A stretch of DNA of 64,000 nucleotides from Candidatus Methanomethylicia archaeon (GCA_038727515.1 JAVYVS010000001.1:64001-128000); one strand, 5' to 3'. Numbered from the stretch's first letter, positions 19,719-32,500 are shown. The notes: a model not told the origin generated them from the letters alone. Translations and numbers: made by a program.

Positions 19719-20498
19719 TGCATACTTAAGTATTGTCACCGTCCATTTCCTCAATACTAACCTTCCATCCTCCTCTTTAATTAAATTCCTATCCTTTAAA
19801 TCTTCAATCATATCCATACCATAAATCTTCTCAAATTCACCTTTAGGTGTAAATCCATGCAACTTATAATCATCATAAAGCTTCTTCAAAGGTTTAATGT
19901 AATCCGAAGTAATGGATATTGGAAATATAGGTATCATCTCAACATCTTGAAACCTCTCATGAATATAATATATATTCTTAACATTCAATAGAGAAGCAGC
20001 TAAAACAGCAATAGCATTCTCAGGTTTAAATCCACCAGTAGCATTCAAATAAACATTAACCCCAGCCCTATGCAACTCACCAATTTTACACATAAGCTTA
20101 TCAAGTAAGTTAATAAGACCATCCTCAAAAAACCCTTTAACACCAAACCCCTCAACTTTAATTGAACTACACCTCAAACCATAACAATCCACCAAAAACT
20201 TCTCAATAACCTTAGCACAAAACACACCCTTACCAGTATCAGTATAATACAAATAAACCTCATCAACAGCTTTAGCCTCAAGAAACTTCCTCATAGAATT
20301 CAACTCAGCACTAGCCCTAAAAGGATCAACCTTAACAAACTCATAAACCCTCAAGAAAAACCCATCAGCAGGAGTAGCCCTCCTAAAAAGCTCAACATCA
20401 TCATCACAAATCCTCACATCATCATCAGAAACACCAGAAGACCTCTTATAATTCTCAATAATAGAAGTACCACAAATAACCAAATGAACATTCATCAT
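19713..20498 (-). CDS. CARF-wHTH protein, APE2256/SSO1393 (Crn1-like ring nuclease) family
   Basis: CGTSII, SAELNS, YTDT..G, NATGGFKPE, YIHE; C-terminal wHTH. Confidence 0.82.
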   Translation of the reverse strand: MMNVHLVICGTSIIENYKRSSGVSDDDVRICDDDVELFRRATPADGFFLRVYEFVKVDPFRASAELNSMRKFLEAKAVDEVYLYYTDTGKGVFCAKVIEKFLVDCYGLRCSSIKVEGFGVKGFFEDGLINLLDKLMCKIGELHRAGVNVYLNATGGFKPENAIAVLAASLLNVKNIYYIHERFQDVEMIPIFPISITSDYIKPLKKLYDDYKLHGFTPKGEFEKIYGMDMIEDLKDRNLIKEEDGRLVLRKWTVTILKYAL

Positions 20499-20542
20499 AA
20501 AAACTAAACAACCAAAAACATATAAATATTTTTCAAGTAAAC

Positions 20543-20747
20543 CATAGTTTACCTTGTGGTGAACTATAGATTGTCGAAATACTTTACGTCTACTGTCGAA
20601 TATTTTATGCGTAACTCTATAGTGAACTATATCATGAATTGGTGCATAAGATCATCAATTTAATACAAATTTTATTTATGCCATGATCGTATTACAATTC
20701 AACATGGGAAAAACCTTTTTAAACCAAAAAAAGAAATAATAATATCG
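20543..20747 (+). promoter_or_regulatory. CRISPR leader 2 with BRE/TATA-like GAAAAACCTTTTTAAA (20708-20723)
   Basis: Homologous to leaders 1 and 3; TATA-like box ~25-30 bp upstream of the first repeat. Confidence 0.92.
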
Positions 20748-23700
20748 GAACCCAACAAAGGGAATTGAAAGTGTATTCCTCCATGAACTGCTCTCTGCCT
20801 AGCTCCGGCAGGAACCCAACAAAGGGAATTGAAAGTAAACAGAATTTACCTTTAAAGGTTCATGGGGAACATTAGAACCCAACAAAGGGAATTGAAAGTA
20901 CTCCTTCCCTAAGGTAAACACATGTTTATTAATGAATTGAACCCAACAAAGGGAATTGAAAGAGCTTGTCTTCACCGCGCTGGCATTGATTGACGGCTTA
21001 GGGAACCCAACAAAGGGAATTGAAAGGAGGAAGCATGGGAGAAATTCTGTAGTCTTTATCCAGATGGAACCCAACAAAGGGAATTGAAAGACCAATAATT
21101 GATTACGCTAAGAGGTATTGGTTTGATTGAACCCAACAAAGGGAATTGAAAGCTGGAAGGGATTCCCCATTCAATGAGCCAACTAGGATTAGAACCCAAC
21201 AAAGGGAATTGAAAGTTTAACACTTCTCTACCAATTGAATTAAAGTTGTAAGTAAGAACCCAACAAAGGGAATTGAAAGACCTTGGCGTGGTCGTAGAAG
21301 TGCAAAGTCTTCCGCTCACCCGAACCCAACAAAGGGAATTGAAAGTCTCAAGCTCCTCCAACTTATCCCTCTCAGCCTTCAACTTGAACCCAACAAAGGG
21401 AATTGAAAGATATGTCTTGACAATCGATGGGGAATTGAGGAGATACAGCTATGAACCCAACAAAGGGAATTGAAAGTAATGATTTTGTGGATCACCATAT
21501 TTACAATTACCCGAACCCAACAAAGGGAATTGAAAGCTTTTGCCGGTTCTCCTCGTGGATGGCTGCTCAATCGAACCCAACAAAGGGAATTGAAAGACCT
21601 ACATTTATTCGCCTTCTACTTTGTCGATGACGACGGCAGAACCCAACAAAGGGAATTGAAAGATACTTAATGATGGCGGGTTAAGGTTTATGTTTTCCTC
21701 CGGAACCCAACAAAGGGAATTGAAAGACGCTTCAATCATACTTTCCAATCCAATCATAATATAGTTGAACCCAACAAAGGGAATTGAAAGTTAATTTCTT
21801 TTTATTTTATTCTTCCTTTTTTATTGGGGAAGAACCCAACAAAGGGAATTGAAAGATAGGCTTAGCCCTAAACTCAATGTTGAGAGGCTGATGGGAACCC
21901 AACAAAGGGAATTGAAAGGTGGGATACTGCCTGAGGATTGGAGGTACCGCCACGTTATGAACCCAACAAAGGGAATTGAAAGTTACATTAAGTAAGCAGT
22001 TAAGTGTTTCGGAACTACCCTGAACCCAACAAAGGGAATTGAAAGACTTGGGGCTTGACATCCAATAATCGTCGAACCACCAGACGAAGAACCCAACAAA
22101 GGGAATTGAAAGTCTTGACGTAGTTGAGTATCAAGTCCTTCAGTATTGACCTTGAACCCAACAAAGGGAATTGAAAGTTTAATGACATCCTCATATGTTT
22201 CCCTTGGGTGAGCTTGAACCCAACAAAGGGAATTGAAAGCACTTGAGGAGCCGAAGATAACGCTTAGAGAACTTGAAAGGAACCCAACAAAGGGAATTGA
22301 AAGCCCAACCCCCGATTTAAGGGGGTGGGAAAGGAGGGGAATGACGAACCCAACAAAGGGAATTGAAAGTCTTGACCACCCTAAACCCTCTTAAACTTCT
22401 TAAGGGGAACCCAACAAAGGGAATTGAAAGATTTTAGCCCCCCATATCCTAGCTATCTTCTTCAGATATTGAACCCAACAAAGGGAATTGAAAGTGTGGG
22501 AGGATGCATATAAACTTCTTTCAACAAAACTTTGAACCCAACAAAGGGAATTGAAAGATGAATTGGAGAAGCAGATGTACATCGGCTATGCAATACTGAA
22601 CCCAACAAAGGGAATTGAAAGATATATCTTGACGGGCTTAGATTTGTGCAATCAGCAACGAACCCAACAAAGGGAATTGAAAGAAGAACCAAACTACTTG
22701 TATTTGTTGTTGTGTAATTAAGAACCCAACAAAGGGAATTGAAAGTGTGTTGGATGCCAGAGCTGTAATGCATGTCAAAATTGTTAGAACCCAACAAAGG
22801 GAATTGAAAGTTTAGAACTTCCTTTACATCCTCTGGTAATTTATTTACATGAACCCAACAAAGGGAATTGAAAGTACACTATAAGCATTGGACTCAAATA
22901 GTCTTTAACCGAACCCAACAAAGGGAATTGAAAGGCAACTATCGTAAGTAATTCTTCGTGTTCTTTTGGTAAGAACCCAACAAAGGGAATTGAAAGCTAT
23001 CCTTAAAGTCCATGTTGTGGTTGTCTTTATTAAAGGTGAACCCAACAAAGGGAATTGAAAGAGTTAAATACTTTATTCTACTTGGAACATTATCATAAAT
23101 TCCGAACCCAACAAAGGGAATTGAAAGATAACACGCACCACTAGATATGGTGGTATTACGCGAAGGAACCCAACAAAGGGAATTGAAAGTATGAGGACGT
23201 CATCAGGAGGCTCATTGAGATATATGAACCCAACAAAGGGAATTGAAAGGACGTAACCATACTCTTATATCCGAAGAACATAAACCATGAACCCAACAAA
23301 GGGAATTGAAAGGAGCTTCCCCTCAACCATTCCATACACATCTTCAAGCCAGAACCCAACAAAGGGAATTGAAAGCCGTAACTTACTTCGTAGCTAATAC
23401 CCTTGGTAGTGTATGAACCCAACAAAGGGAATTGAAAGTGCATTGCAGCTTTGACATGTCTGGCAGGTTCCATAACATAGAACCCAACAAAGGGAATTGA
23501 AAGGCCTCCATAATTTTCTGCCGCATAATTTCTATTGCAGATAAGAACCCAACAAAGGGAATTGAAAGATTACAACCTCTTTAAGCCCGCCAAAGATTTT
23601 TTCTTGAAGAACCCAACAAAGGGAATTGAAAGGTCTGATTTCCCCTTAGAGTTACTTGCACCATAAGAGTTAAGAACCCAACAAAGGGAATTGAAAGCTA

Positions 23701-25544
23701 CATATATTGTTCCATATGAATTTTTGTACACTTTTATGAACCCAACAAAGGGAATTGAAAGCACTACTCTTAAAAGCCATATCACTCGTCTCATCTTGAT
23801 ATGAACCCAACAAAGGGAATTGAAAGTCAACCATGCTTTAACATTGTCTTCAACCCACTCGAAACCGAACCCAACAAAGGGAATTGAAAGTACATGTCGA
23901 GGAGATTGATGCTGAGAAGGGTAAGGAGGCGAACCCAACAAAGGGAATTGAAAGGAATCCTATCACGGTTTTAGGTAAACGTTTCCCCACTTTAGAACCC
24001 AACAAAGGGAATTGAAAGATCATATAAATTGATTGATTGAATGGATAAAAATTTATGAACCCAACAAAGGGAATTGAAAGTAATACGGGGAAAGCGAATA
24101 AATCTCAGTAAAGAAGAGAACCCAACAAAGGGAATTGAAAGGCAACTTGATATGTCTTCAGGTTGAGCTCAGCCCTAACCTTGTCGAACCCAACAAAGGG
24201 AATTGAAAGTCAACATAAGTATCACTTGTAGTAGTTATTAACTCGCTACGAACCCAACAAAGGGAATTGAAAGAGACCCCTTCTTAGAGGAACTCGATGA
24301 GGAATGGTGTCAGAACCCAACAAAGGGAATTGAAAGTCCTGAAGCTTCTCAAGTCTCTCCATTATGCACTTCATAGAACCCAACAAAGGGAATTGAAAGA
24401 GGAAAAAGTCTTGAAGTGTTCTAAGTGCATCTTGATGATGAACCCAACAAAGGGAATTGAAAGTCCGAAATCTACGAGGTGGGAAACTATGGGTGAAATA
24501 GAGGAACCCAACAAAGGGAATTGAAAGCTTGTTCCAACCACTGCGATTATATTGAATTTAACCATTCATGAACCCAACAAAGGGAATTGAAAGTACACAC
24601 TTACATAGCCAAAATACAGTCGGCTATTAGCCGGAACCCAACAAAGGGAATTGAAAGTAAATGTGGCTAATAGTTTTATTTCCGTCTTTGAATATGAACC
24701 CAACAAAGGGAATTGAAAGGCCGTTTTAGCACCAAAATCCGCTTCAACCATTACAATGAACCCAACAAAGGGAATTGAAAGAAGTGGAGAGCTCAGCCTG
24801 ACATTGGCATATGGCCCTACGAACCCAACAAAGGGAATTGAAAGGTTCTGATGTCGTTTAGGCAGGTATATGTCAGCACTGCTATGAACCCAACAAAGGG
24901 AATTGAAAGATAGGTGTGGTGAGAACATCACGGGCAAGCATACAACTAGAACCCAACAAAGGGAATTGAAAGTTTTTATTGGAGGTGATAAGATGAAGTA
25001 TAAGGTTGTAACGAACCCAACAAAGGGAATTGAAAGATATCCTCAACGCTTTGAACCCTGCTCTCAGCCTCCAATGGAACCCAACAAAGGGAATTGAAAG
25101 AATGCCTCCTTACCCTTCTCAGCATCAATCTCCTCGACATGAACCCAACAAAGGGAATTGAAAGGTATCTAATATCTTGTACCACTCACTAAGATTGTAT
25201 CTCATGAACCCAACAAAGGGAATTGAAAGTTGATTTCGTCTTTAAAGAGCTCTACGCGTTCTGGCTGAACCCAACAAAGGGAATTGAAAGTAATTACTAG
25301 TGTAAGCTTTACAGAGGGTAATTACGGTGAACCCAACAAAGGGAATTGAAAGCTGTCTTCTGCCTTTATACTGCACCGCTGGTGCACTGGGAGAACCCAA
25401 CAAAGGGTATTGAAAGATATTGCCACACCATAAATCATTCCACGTGCAATCTCTTCGTATGAACCCAACAAAGGGAATTAAAAGACAATAAACCCTATGG
25501 GATCTGCTAATCACCCCTATAAAGAACTCAATAAAAATTGAAAA
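20748..25544 (+). CRISPR. CRISPR array 2, ~75 repeats and 74 spacers plus a degenerate terminal repeat
   Basis: GAACCCAACAAAGGGAATTGAAAG from 20748 to 25484 (manual count); variants at 25393 and 25461; degenerate copy 25524-25544. Confidence 0.99.
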
Positions 25545-25757
25545 TATCCTTTTTTCTGAGCCTTCTTTTTATGCACTGATTTCAATAGAGAAATTTGAAG
25601 GGAGATAAAGTTTAACAGTTTTCCGTTAGAGTTAAAAACGTGCAAAACTCTTTTTCTACTTTGTAAAGAAAATTTTTACTTCCAAATCATAGAATGAGCC
25701 GTAGTAAAAGTTTTATGTTGATACGGAATATTTATGTATTTTGGGAGATGTTAAGAT

Positions 25758-26678
25758 ATGAGTATAGAAAGACGTATTATAGGTTTGTACGAGATTTCTG
25801 AAATAGTTCTGATTAAAGCGATTACTAATCTTCATCCTGGTGTAGGAAGGACGGGTGAAATTGTTGATTTACCTGTTCAGAAAGATAATCTTGGGTTTCC
25901 CATAATATATGCATCAAGCCTTAAAGGTGCTTTGAAAAGTGCGCTTTGGCAATTTAGTGATGATAGAGATATTGTGAAAGCTTTATTTGGTTCTGAACCT
26001 GATGATGTTGAAAAATTCACATCGGCGGTAGCTGTACTGGATGCTTTCACTCTAGCTTTTCCAGTGAGGAGTTTAGAAGGAGTCTATGCTTTTGCAACTT
26101 CTCCTGTGTTGCTTAAACGCTTCAACGAATACTTAGGAATTACTGGAGAAACTTGTGAATATGTAGAGAAACTATCAAATCTATCAATAGATGAGGGAGT
26201 ATGTGAAACTTCGGAAAATGCTAAAAACCTCCTTAGTATCAAAACCTTAGATGACGTGCTTATTATCAATGAAGAGATAAAGGTAGAGTGCAAAACTAAT
26301 TATTTTACGGAGGTTGAGGAACTCGAAAAATTATTTGGGATTGAACGAGGACGACTTATCCTACTCAATGATGATGACGCTCTAAAAGCTATGGAAAAGT
26401 CTTTAGTACGGGTTACTCGAATAGCAATTGATAGAGAGAAGAAAACAGCTAGAGAAGGAGCTTTATGGACAGAGGAATATATTCCTTGGGGCACGGTTTT
26501 CGCTACAGCCTTCTTGTATTCTAAGGCAAAGAAATCTGAAAAATTGCAAAAAACAAATGACGTTAAGCAAAAACTTCACGAATTACTCAGTAAAATGGGA
26601 AATTATCTGATAATAGGAGGTAATGAAACCATCGGAAGAGGCATAGTGAAACTGGAATTTAAAGAAAAAGAGGTGTGA
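25758..26678 (+). CDS. cmr4: Type III-B RAMP Cmr4
   Basis: LHPGVG...VDLPVQKD...P.IYASSLKGALK, GALWTEEYIP, IGGNETIGRG. Confidence 0.96.
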   Translation: MSIERRIIGLYEISEIVLIKAITNLHPGVGRTGEIVDLPVQKDNLGFPIIYASSLKGALKSALWQFSDDRDIVKALFGSEPDDVEKFTSAVAVLDAFTLAFPVRSLEGVYAFATSPVLLKRFNEYLGITGETCEYVEKLSNLSIDEGVCETSENAKNLLSIKTLDDVLIINEEIKVECKTNYFTEVEELEKLFGIERGRLILLNDDDALKAMEKSLVRVTRIAIDREKKTAREGALWTEEYIPWGTVFATAFLYSKAKKSEKLQKTNDVKQKLHELLSKMGNYLIIGGNETIGRGIVKLEFKEKEV

Positions 26679-27145
26679 AAATTATGAGCATGAACGACCA
26701 AGTGTTAAGTGCAATAGGGGATTTTGAATATTTATTGAATTTATTAGAGAAAAAAGAGAAAAGCGAGGTAGGCAAGAGTTTTAGAAGCAGATGTAGAGAA
26801 TTACCAAACTTAATAGAAGATTTTGGCTTTGTACCAGCTGCGAGTTTCTGTTATGCAAATGCTGGTAAAACTAATTATGATAAGATAAAGGATGCACTGG
26901 AAACAAAGAGTAAGATTAATGATGATAATCATAAAGAGAAAGGATATGCCATTTATCTCTACTTCGTGTTAAAAAGGTTAAAAGACCTTAAGCTTATAGA
27001 TGAAGCTCATTTAAATGATCCAATTAAGGCCTTTGAAGAGCTTAGGAAGGGAAAACAAAGAATTGCCAGTAGACTTCTCAGACCTTACATAGTTCAACTG
27101 AAACAATTGTCGGAAGCAGTATTTGAAGTAGAAGAGGCGAAGTGA
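26675..27145 (+). CDS. cmr5: Type III-B small subunit Cmr5
   Basis: FRSRCRELPNLIEDFG, helical, located between cmr4 and cmr1. Confidence 0.9.
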   Translation: MKIMSMNDQVLSAIGDFEYLLNLLEKKEKSEVGKSFRSRCRELPNLIEDFGFVPAASFCYANAGKTNYDKIKDALETKSKINDDNHKEKGYAIYLYFVLKRLKDLKLIDEAHLNDPIKAFEELRKGKQRIASRLLRPYIVQLKQLSEAVFEVEEAK

Positions 27146-27146
27146 A

Positions 27147-28733
27147 GTGAGTTCTTGGTTAAACCTTCAGAAAAGTTTAATGGAAAGTCATGATCTTATA
27201 GCTGAAATTGATGTTGAAACTACTACCTTAACGAGGATAGGAGGTTATAAAGCCACACCCTATAGCTTAGGGCTGAAACTATTTAGTATACCAACTGCAA
27301 AGTCTTTGAAGGGTATATGGCGGTGGTGGGCAAGAGCTGCTATAGTTGGCGCTTATAATGGGAAAATCAATTATAAGGAAGCGAACAAACATCTGAATAA
27401 GGTACTAGGTGGTACAGGTAAGGATGAAGGAGTTTCACTATTCAAATTGGAAATTTCTGATATTAAATTTACCCAAAATTATGAAGATAAATTAAGTCAA
27501 ATTATTAATGAAATAGATAGATTTTTTGAAAATGCTAAAAGCTTTTTGGAAAATCAGATATCGACGTTGAAATTACCGCAAGATACTGAGATTTCAGTTA
27601 GTTTAAATCCCTCTGATCTTGCTATAATTATTGAATATAAGGGAGACTTATCTAAATACAAGAATAGAATAGATAATTTAATTAAGAAAGGACCCTTAGG
27701 TAATTATTTTGTTGGGAGTAAGCTGACAAAGAAAAATCGTAGAATCGTTATTAGTTTACAGATCCCTGAATTGAATAATTATCCGCAAATACCTAGAGTA
27801 AAATTGTTGCTGATGAAGCGGAAAGATGTAGAAGATGAAGTTCTTAAAAGAAGTAATATTAACTCTGAAAAAGTATTGAGGTATTTAGAAAGAGTAAAAG
27901 AGGAAATTTCAGCTCTGATAAGCAGAGGATTGAAGTTTAGGATTTCACTTTATGGAATTAGGGGGAGAGAGCATGATTTTGAAAAAGTTAATTTTGCTCT
28001 TTCGTCTCTCATGCTCTCTCTGATTTTAGGAGGTATTGGTTCGATAACAAAGAGAGCTTTCGGCTCATTAAGAATACTCTCGTTTAGGTTTGGAGATGGT
28101 CTTAAAGTAGATCAAGAACTTCGAAAGATTTTCCAGGAATTGCAAGATAAGGAATTTACTGAGAGTGAGTTAAAGGAAAGGCTCGAAAAGATGTGCAATA
28201 TTACGATAAATTATGCTAAGAGGTTATTTAATATAAACACAAACAAAGAGGAGAAAGGATATATTCCTGAAGTTCCATCATTGAGTAACATTAGAATAGA
28301 AGTAATTGAATGTAAGTCTCTAAATCTTGCTGAAATAGGAAATGCTTTTGTTAAACAAACTTGGAAAGTGTCTTCTAGAGTACAAGGCAGAGATCTCCAT
28401 ACATGGATACTGGGGTTGCCAAGATTCCAAAAAGAGATGGGGACAGGATATGCTGTAAAGCGTGATAAAAGTTATGACCCGCTGAGAAGGGTATCATCAA
28501 TTGGTGTTAGATTCTTCAAAACTCGCAATAAGGACTTCATTATCATCTATGGGCTGCCCTCCAAAGATTGGCCTAAAGATCTATATCATATTAGGAGTAG
28601 AAGACCACTGGATGAAAAGTTGGTTAGAGAAATCTCCATTGGAAACTCTATAGAAAAAGTTTTCGATTACGCATTCAGAAAAGTCTTAGAATACATTAAG
28701 AGTAGCTGTCAAAGAGGGGTCAAAAGTGGCTGA
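27147..28733 (+). CDS. cmr1: Type III-B RAMP Cmr1
   Basis: SLKGIWRWWARA, LGGIGSITKRAFGS, LGLPR. Confidence 0.93.
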   Translation: MSSWLNLQKSLMESHDLIAEIDVETTTLTRIGGYKATPYSLGLKLFSIPTAKSLKGIWRWWARAAIVGAYNGKINYKEANKHLNKVLGGTGKDEGVSLFKLEISDIKFTQNYEDKLSQIINEIDRFFENAKSFLENQISTLKLPQDTEISVSLNPSDLAIIIEYKGDLSKYKNRIDNLIKKGPLGNYFVGSKLTKKNRRIVISLQIPELNNYPQIPRVKLLLMKRKDVEDEVLKRSNINSEKVLRYLERVKEEISALISRGLKFRISLYGIRGREHDFEKVNFALSSLMLSLILGGIGSITKRAFGSLRILSFRFGDGLKVDQELRKIFQELQDKEFTESELKERLEKMCNITINYAKRLFNINTNKEEKGYIPEVPSLSNIRIEVIECKSLNLAEIGNAFVKQTWKVSSRVQGRDLHTWILGLPRFQKEMGTGYAVKRDKSYDPLRRVSSIGVRFFKTRNKDFIIIYGLPSKDWPKDLYHIRSRRPLDEKLVREISIGNSIEKVFDYAFRKVLEYIKSSCQRGVKSG

Positions 28734-29589
28734 TATCAATTTTGAATCATTAAATAAACCAAATTTGTGGAGTTATATAGCATTAGCTGGTTATGATGTG
28801 ATGACAAAAAAGGTTGTAGAAGATGAGGATAAAGTAGCAAGAGAAGAACGAAAAATCTTAGAGTATATAATTAAGCGGGCAGAACTTCCTAGCAAAGAAA
28901 TTAACTATATTCTTGGGAATATTCAACAGGCACTCTTAAATTGTGGTTATGAAGTAAGGAGAGTGAAGATTAAGGCAATATCTTTGGCTCTTGTAGGAGT
29001 ATCAGAAACTTTTGGTAGGATACCATTTGAAGTAGGTTTATATTTTGACCCAATATTGAATGTTCCTTACATACCTGGTTCCACAATAAAAGGTGTTATT
29101 CGAGCTGGTGTCTTCGATTTACTTTCTAAACATCAATTTTCTGAAGAGAAAGTTAAAAACGAATGTGAAAGACTCTTCGGGGATAATAAAAGCGCTGGCC
29201 TTATTGGCTTCACAGATGCATATCCAATTGAGAAAGGTGAGGGTGGCTATCTACTCTATCCTGATGTAATGACTCCTCACTACAAGAATGATACTGCTAC
29301 AGAACTGGAAGTCTCACCTACACCAATAGTTTATCTTACCATTGCACCAGGAACCATATTCCAATTCTACCTCTTTTACAGGAGGGAAAGAGGGGGTGAT
29401 GAAAAGAAAAGGCAGCTTATCATAAGAAATTCTCAATATGCTGATCTAGCTGAAACTCCAGCTCAAGACTTGAATAGATTGGGTATAGTTGATCTTGGAT
29501 TATTATATTCCTTCTACAAGGGTGTGGGGGCAAAAACATCGATAGGTTATTCTAAATTTGAAATTTTGAGTTATGAGTCTATGAGGTGA
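28726..29589 (+). CDS. cmr6: Type III-B RAMP Cmr6
   Basis: PYIPGSTIKG, FTDAYP, DVMTPHY, GVGAKTSIGY. Confidence 0.95.
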   Translation: MADINFESLNKPNLWSYIALAGYDVMTKKVVEDEDKVAREERKILEYIIKRAELPSKEINYILGNIQQALLNCGYEVRRVKIKAISLALVGVSETFGRIPFEVGLYFDPILNVPYIPGSTIKGVIRAGVFDLLSKHQFSEEKVKNECERLFGDNKSAGLIGFTDAYPIEKGEGGYLLYPDVMTPHYKNDTATELEVSPTPIVYLTIAPGTIFQFYLFYRRERGGDEKKRQLIIRNSQYADLAETPAQDLNRLGIVDLGLLYSFYKGVGAKTSIGYSKFEILSYESMR

Positions 29590-29595
29590 TCATTT

Positions 29596-32500
29596 TTGAA
29601 TGAAAATATTTTTGCTTATAAAGTGGCCTGCCTTTTACATGATCCACCGAATAAAGCTTGGCTTCTTAAAAATAATAAGGATCATGTTAAAGAGGCAAAA
29701 CATATTGCTGAAGGAATTCTGGAAAATACTTGCTTTAAAGAAGTCGTAAAACATATGGAAGATATAGTTAAACCAGCTGATATGTTAGCTTCAAGTATTG
29801 ATCGATGGTTATTAAGCAAGATCGTTGGTAAAGAATACCATTTATTTCCAGTAAAGGAGATTAAACTCAAGAACATCTTTAATCCTAAATTTTCTCAGAA
29901 AATTGAAGAAGAGCAACCTTCTATAGATGAATTCATTAAAAGTCTAAGGGACCTCATCAAGTATATAAGTGACCCCCGGTTAGCCTATCATGTATTATAC
30001 GCAAGTTATGAAGCCATATGGATACAATTAGGTCTTCCATCAGGTCCAGCGGATACAAGAGCACCTTCCCATAGTGTTTTTGATCATAATTATGCGACGA
30101 CATCTATGATGAACTGGCTATTGGGAAAAAGGGAGCCTAAGGGAATATTGTTATATATAGATCTTGGAGGACCACAAAAATTTATATCAAGTTCTAGGAA
30201 GCTCAGCGACCTTTGGGCGTCAAGTTATCTTGCTTCAGCACTTGCTTGGAGCATATTCTGGATCTTTTTAAGAGTTTTAGGTCCTGATATAATGGTCTTA
30301 CCCACGTGCAGGGGGAATCCATTTTATTACCATAGCTTAATATCAGAGCTAATTAAAAATGGTGTTGATAAAGTTGTAATAGAAAAAGTTAAGAGGATAT
30401 CGATAGAATATACAGGATACGATCCAGATAGGGACAAGATACCAAGATATGCAGTAATTCCTGTTACAGCTACACTCATGTTACCGGAACTGGAACAATT
30501 AAAGGAAATCGATTGTTTTAAAGAGATCGAATTTATGAGGGGATATGAGGGCTTAGAGGAATTTGTGGAGAAAAAGTACCAAGAAATATGGAGAAATATC
30601 TATGATAAAATAATTGAAAAGTGTAAGGAGTTGCAGAATGAACTAGGCCAATTGTCTGTTGAAATAGTAAGGCTCTTACAAGAATGTAAAAATTTTGGTT
30701 TTGATAAAACTCCCCCGCTGCCAATTAGAGTTATAGCTCTCGATACGAATAGGCTTTATCAATTAGGTTCACAAGACAAAGATAGTTATACCCTATATCA
30801 CAATATGTTTAAACTTTTAGCTTACGAAGAGGGGAAAAGGAAGATCTATAAATTTAGACCTGAAGAAGACTTAAAGCTTTTTGAAATGACTTCGCAACCT
30901 ATTAAAACTTGGCCGAAGGAATCTGAAAGAGGCTTTGAATATTGTAGTGTGTGTGGTCGTTTACCAGCGATTATAATCCTTCCTTCGAAGGAGGATGAGT
31001 ACAAGAAATACTTGAAGATAGAGCTTGAACCCATTTTTGGTATGGGTGAACGTCTTTGCCCGTATTGTTTGATAAAAAGGCTCATAAGTATAAATCAAAT
31101 ACTTAAATTGGTTGTGGACGAGTTGATTGGAAGAATTGTAGAAGAATTACCCAGTTTTAGATTCCCATCGGTTTCAGATATTGCAATTATGCCCTTCAAA
31201 AAATCATTTATCACTAATAGTATGAAAATCGATAACTTCCGAGAACTAGCTAATGAACTTTCTGAATGGATAGATGAAATTTGGAGAAAAATGATAGAAA
31301 AAGGGTTACCCTTAGGTGGAAAGATAATAGGGAGAGAACCAATGATATATACTGAAATCGAATTAGCAGAAAAAATCAAAAATCTAAAATCTAGTGAGTT
31401 GAAAAGAAATCTTGAAGCGATACTGTTTGCGGATTCTGAAACCCTCTTCTTAGCAACACATAAAATCAGAAAAGATAAGGGGGAAGAATATTACTCCCCA
31501 AGAAGAGATTGGTTAGAACTTAGAAAGAAAATTTATGGTAATAAAGAAATGGCAAAGCATATGAATTTAGAAAGGGAAAAGATAGAAGATCTGAACACCT
31601 ATTATGCCATTATAAGATCTGATGGTGATAACTTAGGTAAGATGATACGGGGCAAAGTTAAAGAAGGATTTAGGATTACAATAAAAGATTACCTTTGCAA
31701 TATGTTGGAGGGGGACAGTGCAAAAGTGGTAAAGGCAATATTAAATAACGATTATGAACATGCAAAAAAGATATGTAAACAATATAACGTAGAGAATGTT
31801 GACGAGAAAATAAAGGATGTAACGGAGCTCATTAATAGGCTTCTAAATGAAGATGGAATTATAATTTCGCCATCGTATCATTCAGCCTTAAGTAGAGCTT
31901 TAATAGTTAATGCAGTAATAGATAAAGAGATAATAGATGAATATGATGGTGTAACCATTTATGCTGGAGGGGATGATCTATTAGCTATAACACCCGTCAA
32001 GAACTCTTTAAACGCCGTCCAAAAACTGAGGGAAAGATTTAGTTTTCCATCAGAATTTAAGGGCTTTTATCAGAAAAAGAACTATTTAATACCTTCATTG
32101 GTCACCGCTAGTAGGAGCTTCTGTATATATTTCACCCATTATATGTTCCCACTTTATGCAGTAATGGGGAGATCTGCAGAGTTGCTGGAGGAAGTAGCTA
32201 AAGAATCGAAGTGGATAGTGAGTAATGATGAAAAAAGAGAAAAGGATGCGCTCATCCTTGTGTATAGCCCAAGGGGTGGTGAAGCCTACTCTTTATTACC
32301 CCTTTCAGACATTAAGGTTCCAGATCAGAATCTAGCTAAAAGTTTAAAATATATAAATGAGCTTATCTCAAACATGGAGGAAAGCCGTGAATTTTCATTC
32401 TCACTAATATATGACTTTAACGAAAACTTCCAGACAATCAAATTACTTATTAACAGGAATAGTAGGGACTTATTGGAAAAGCTAATGAAAACGATCTTTG

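Noticed and set aside
22240-22279. Spacer ending GAACTTGAAAG like the repeat end
   Set aside because: Normal spacer length and reads as coding (LEEPKITLRELE); likely coincidence
20799-25514. Many short ORFs with FQFPLLGS / LSIPFVGF / FNSLCWV repeats (also 34128-37673)
   Set aside because: Translations of CRISPR repeats
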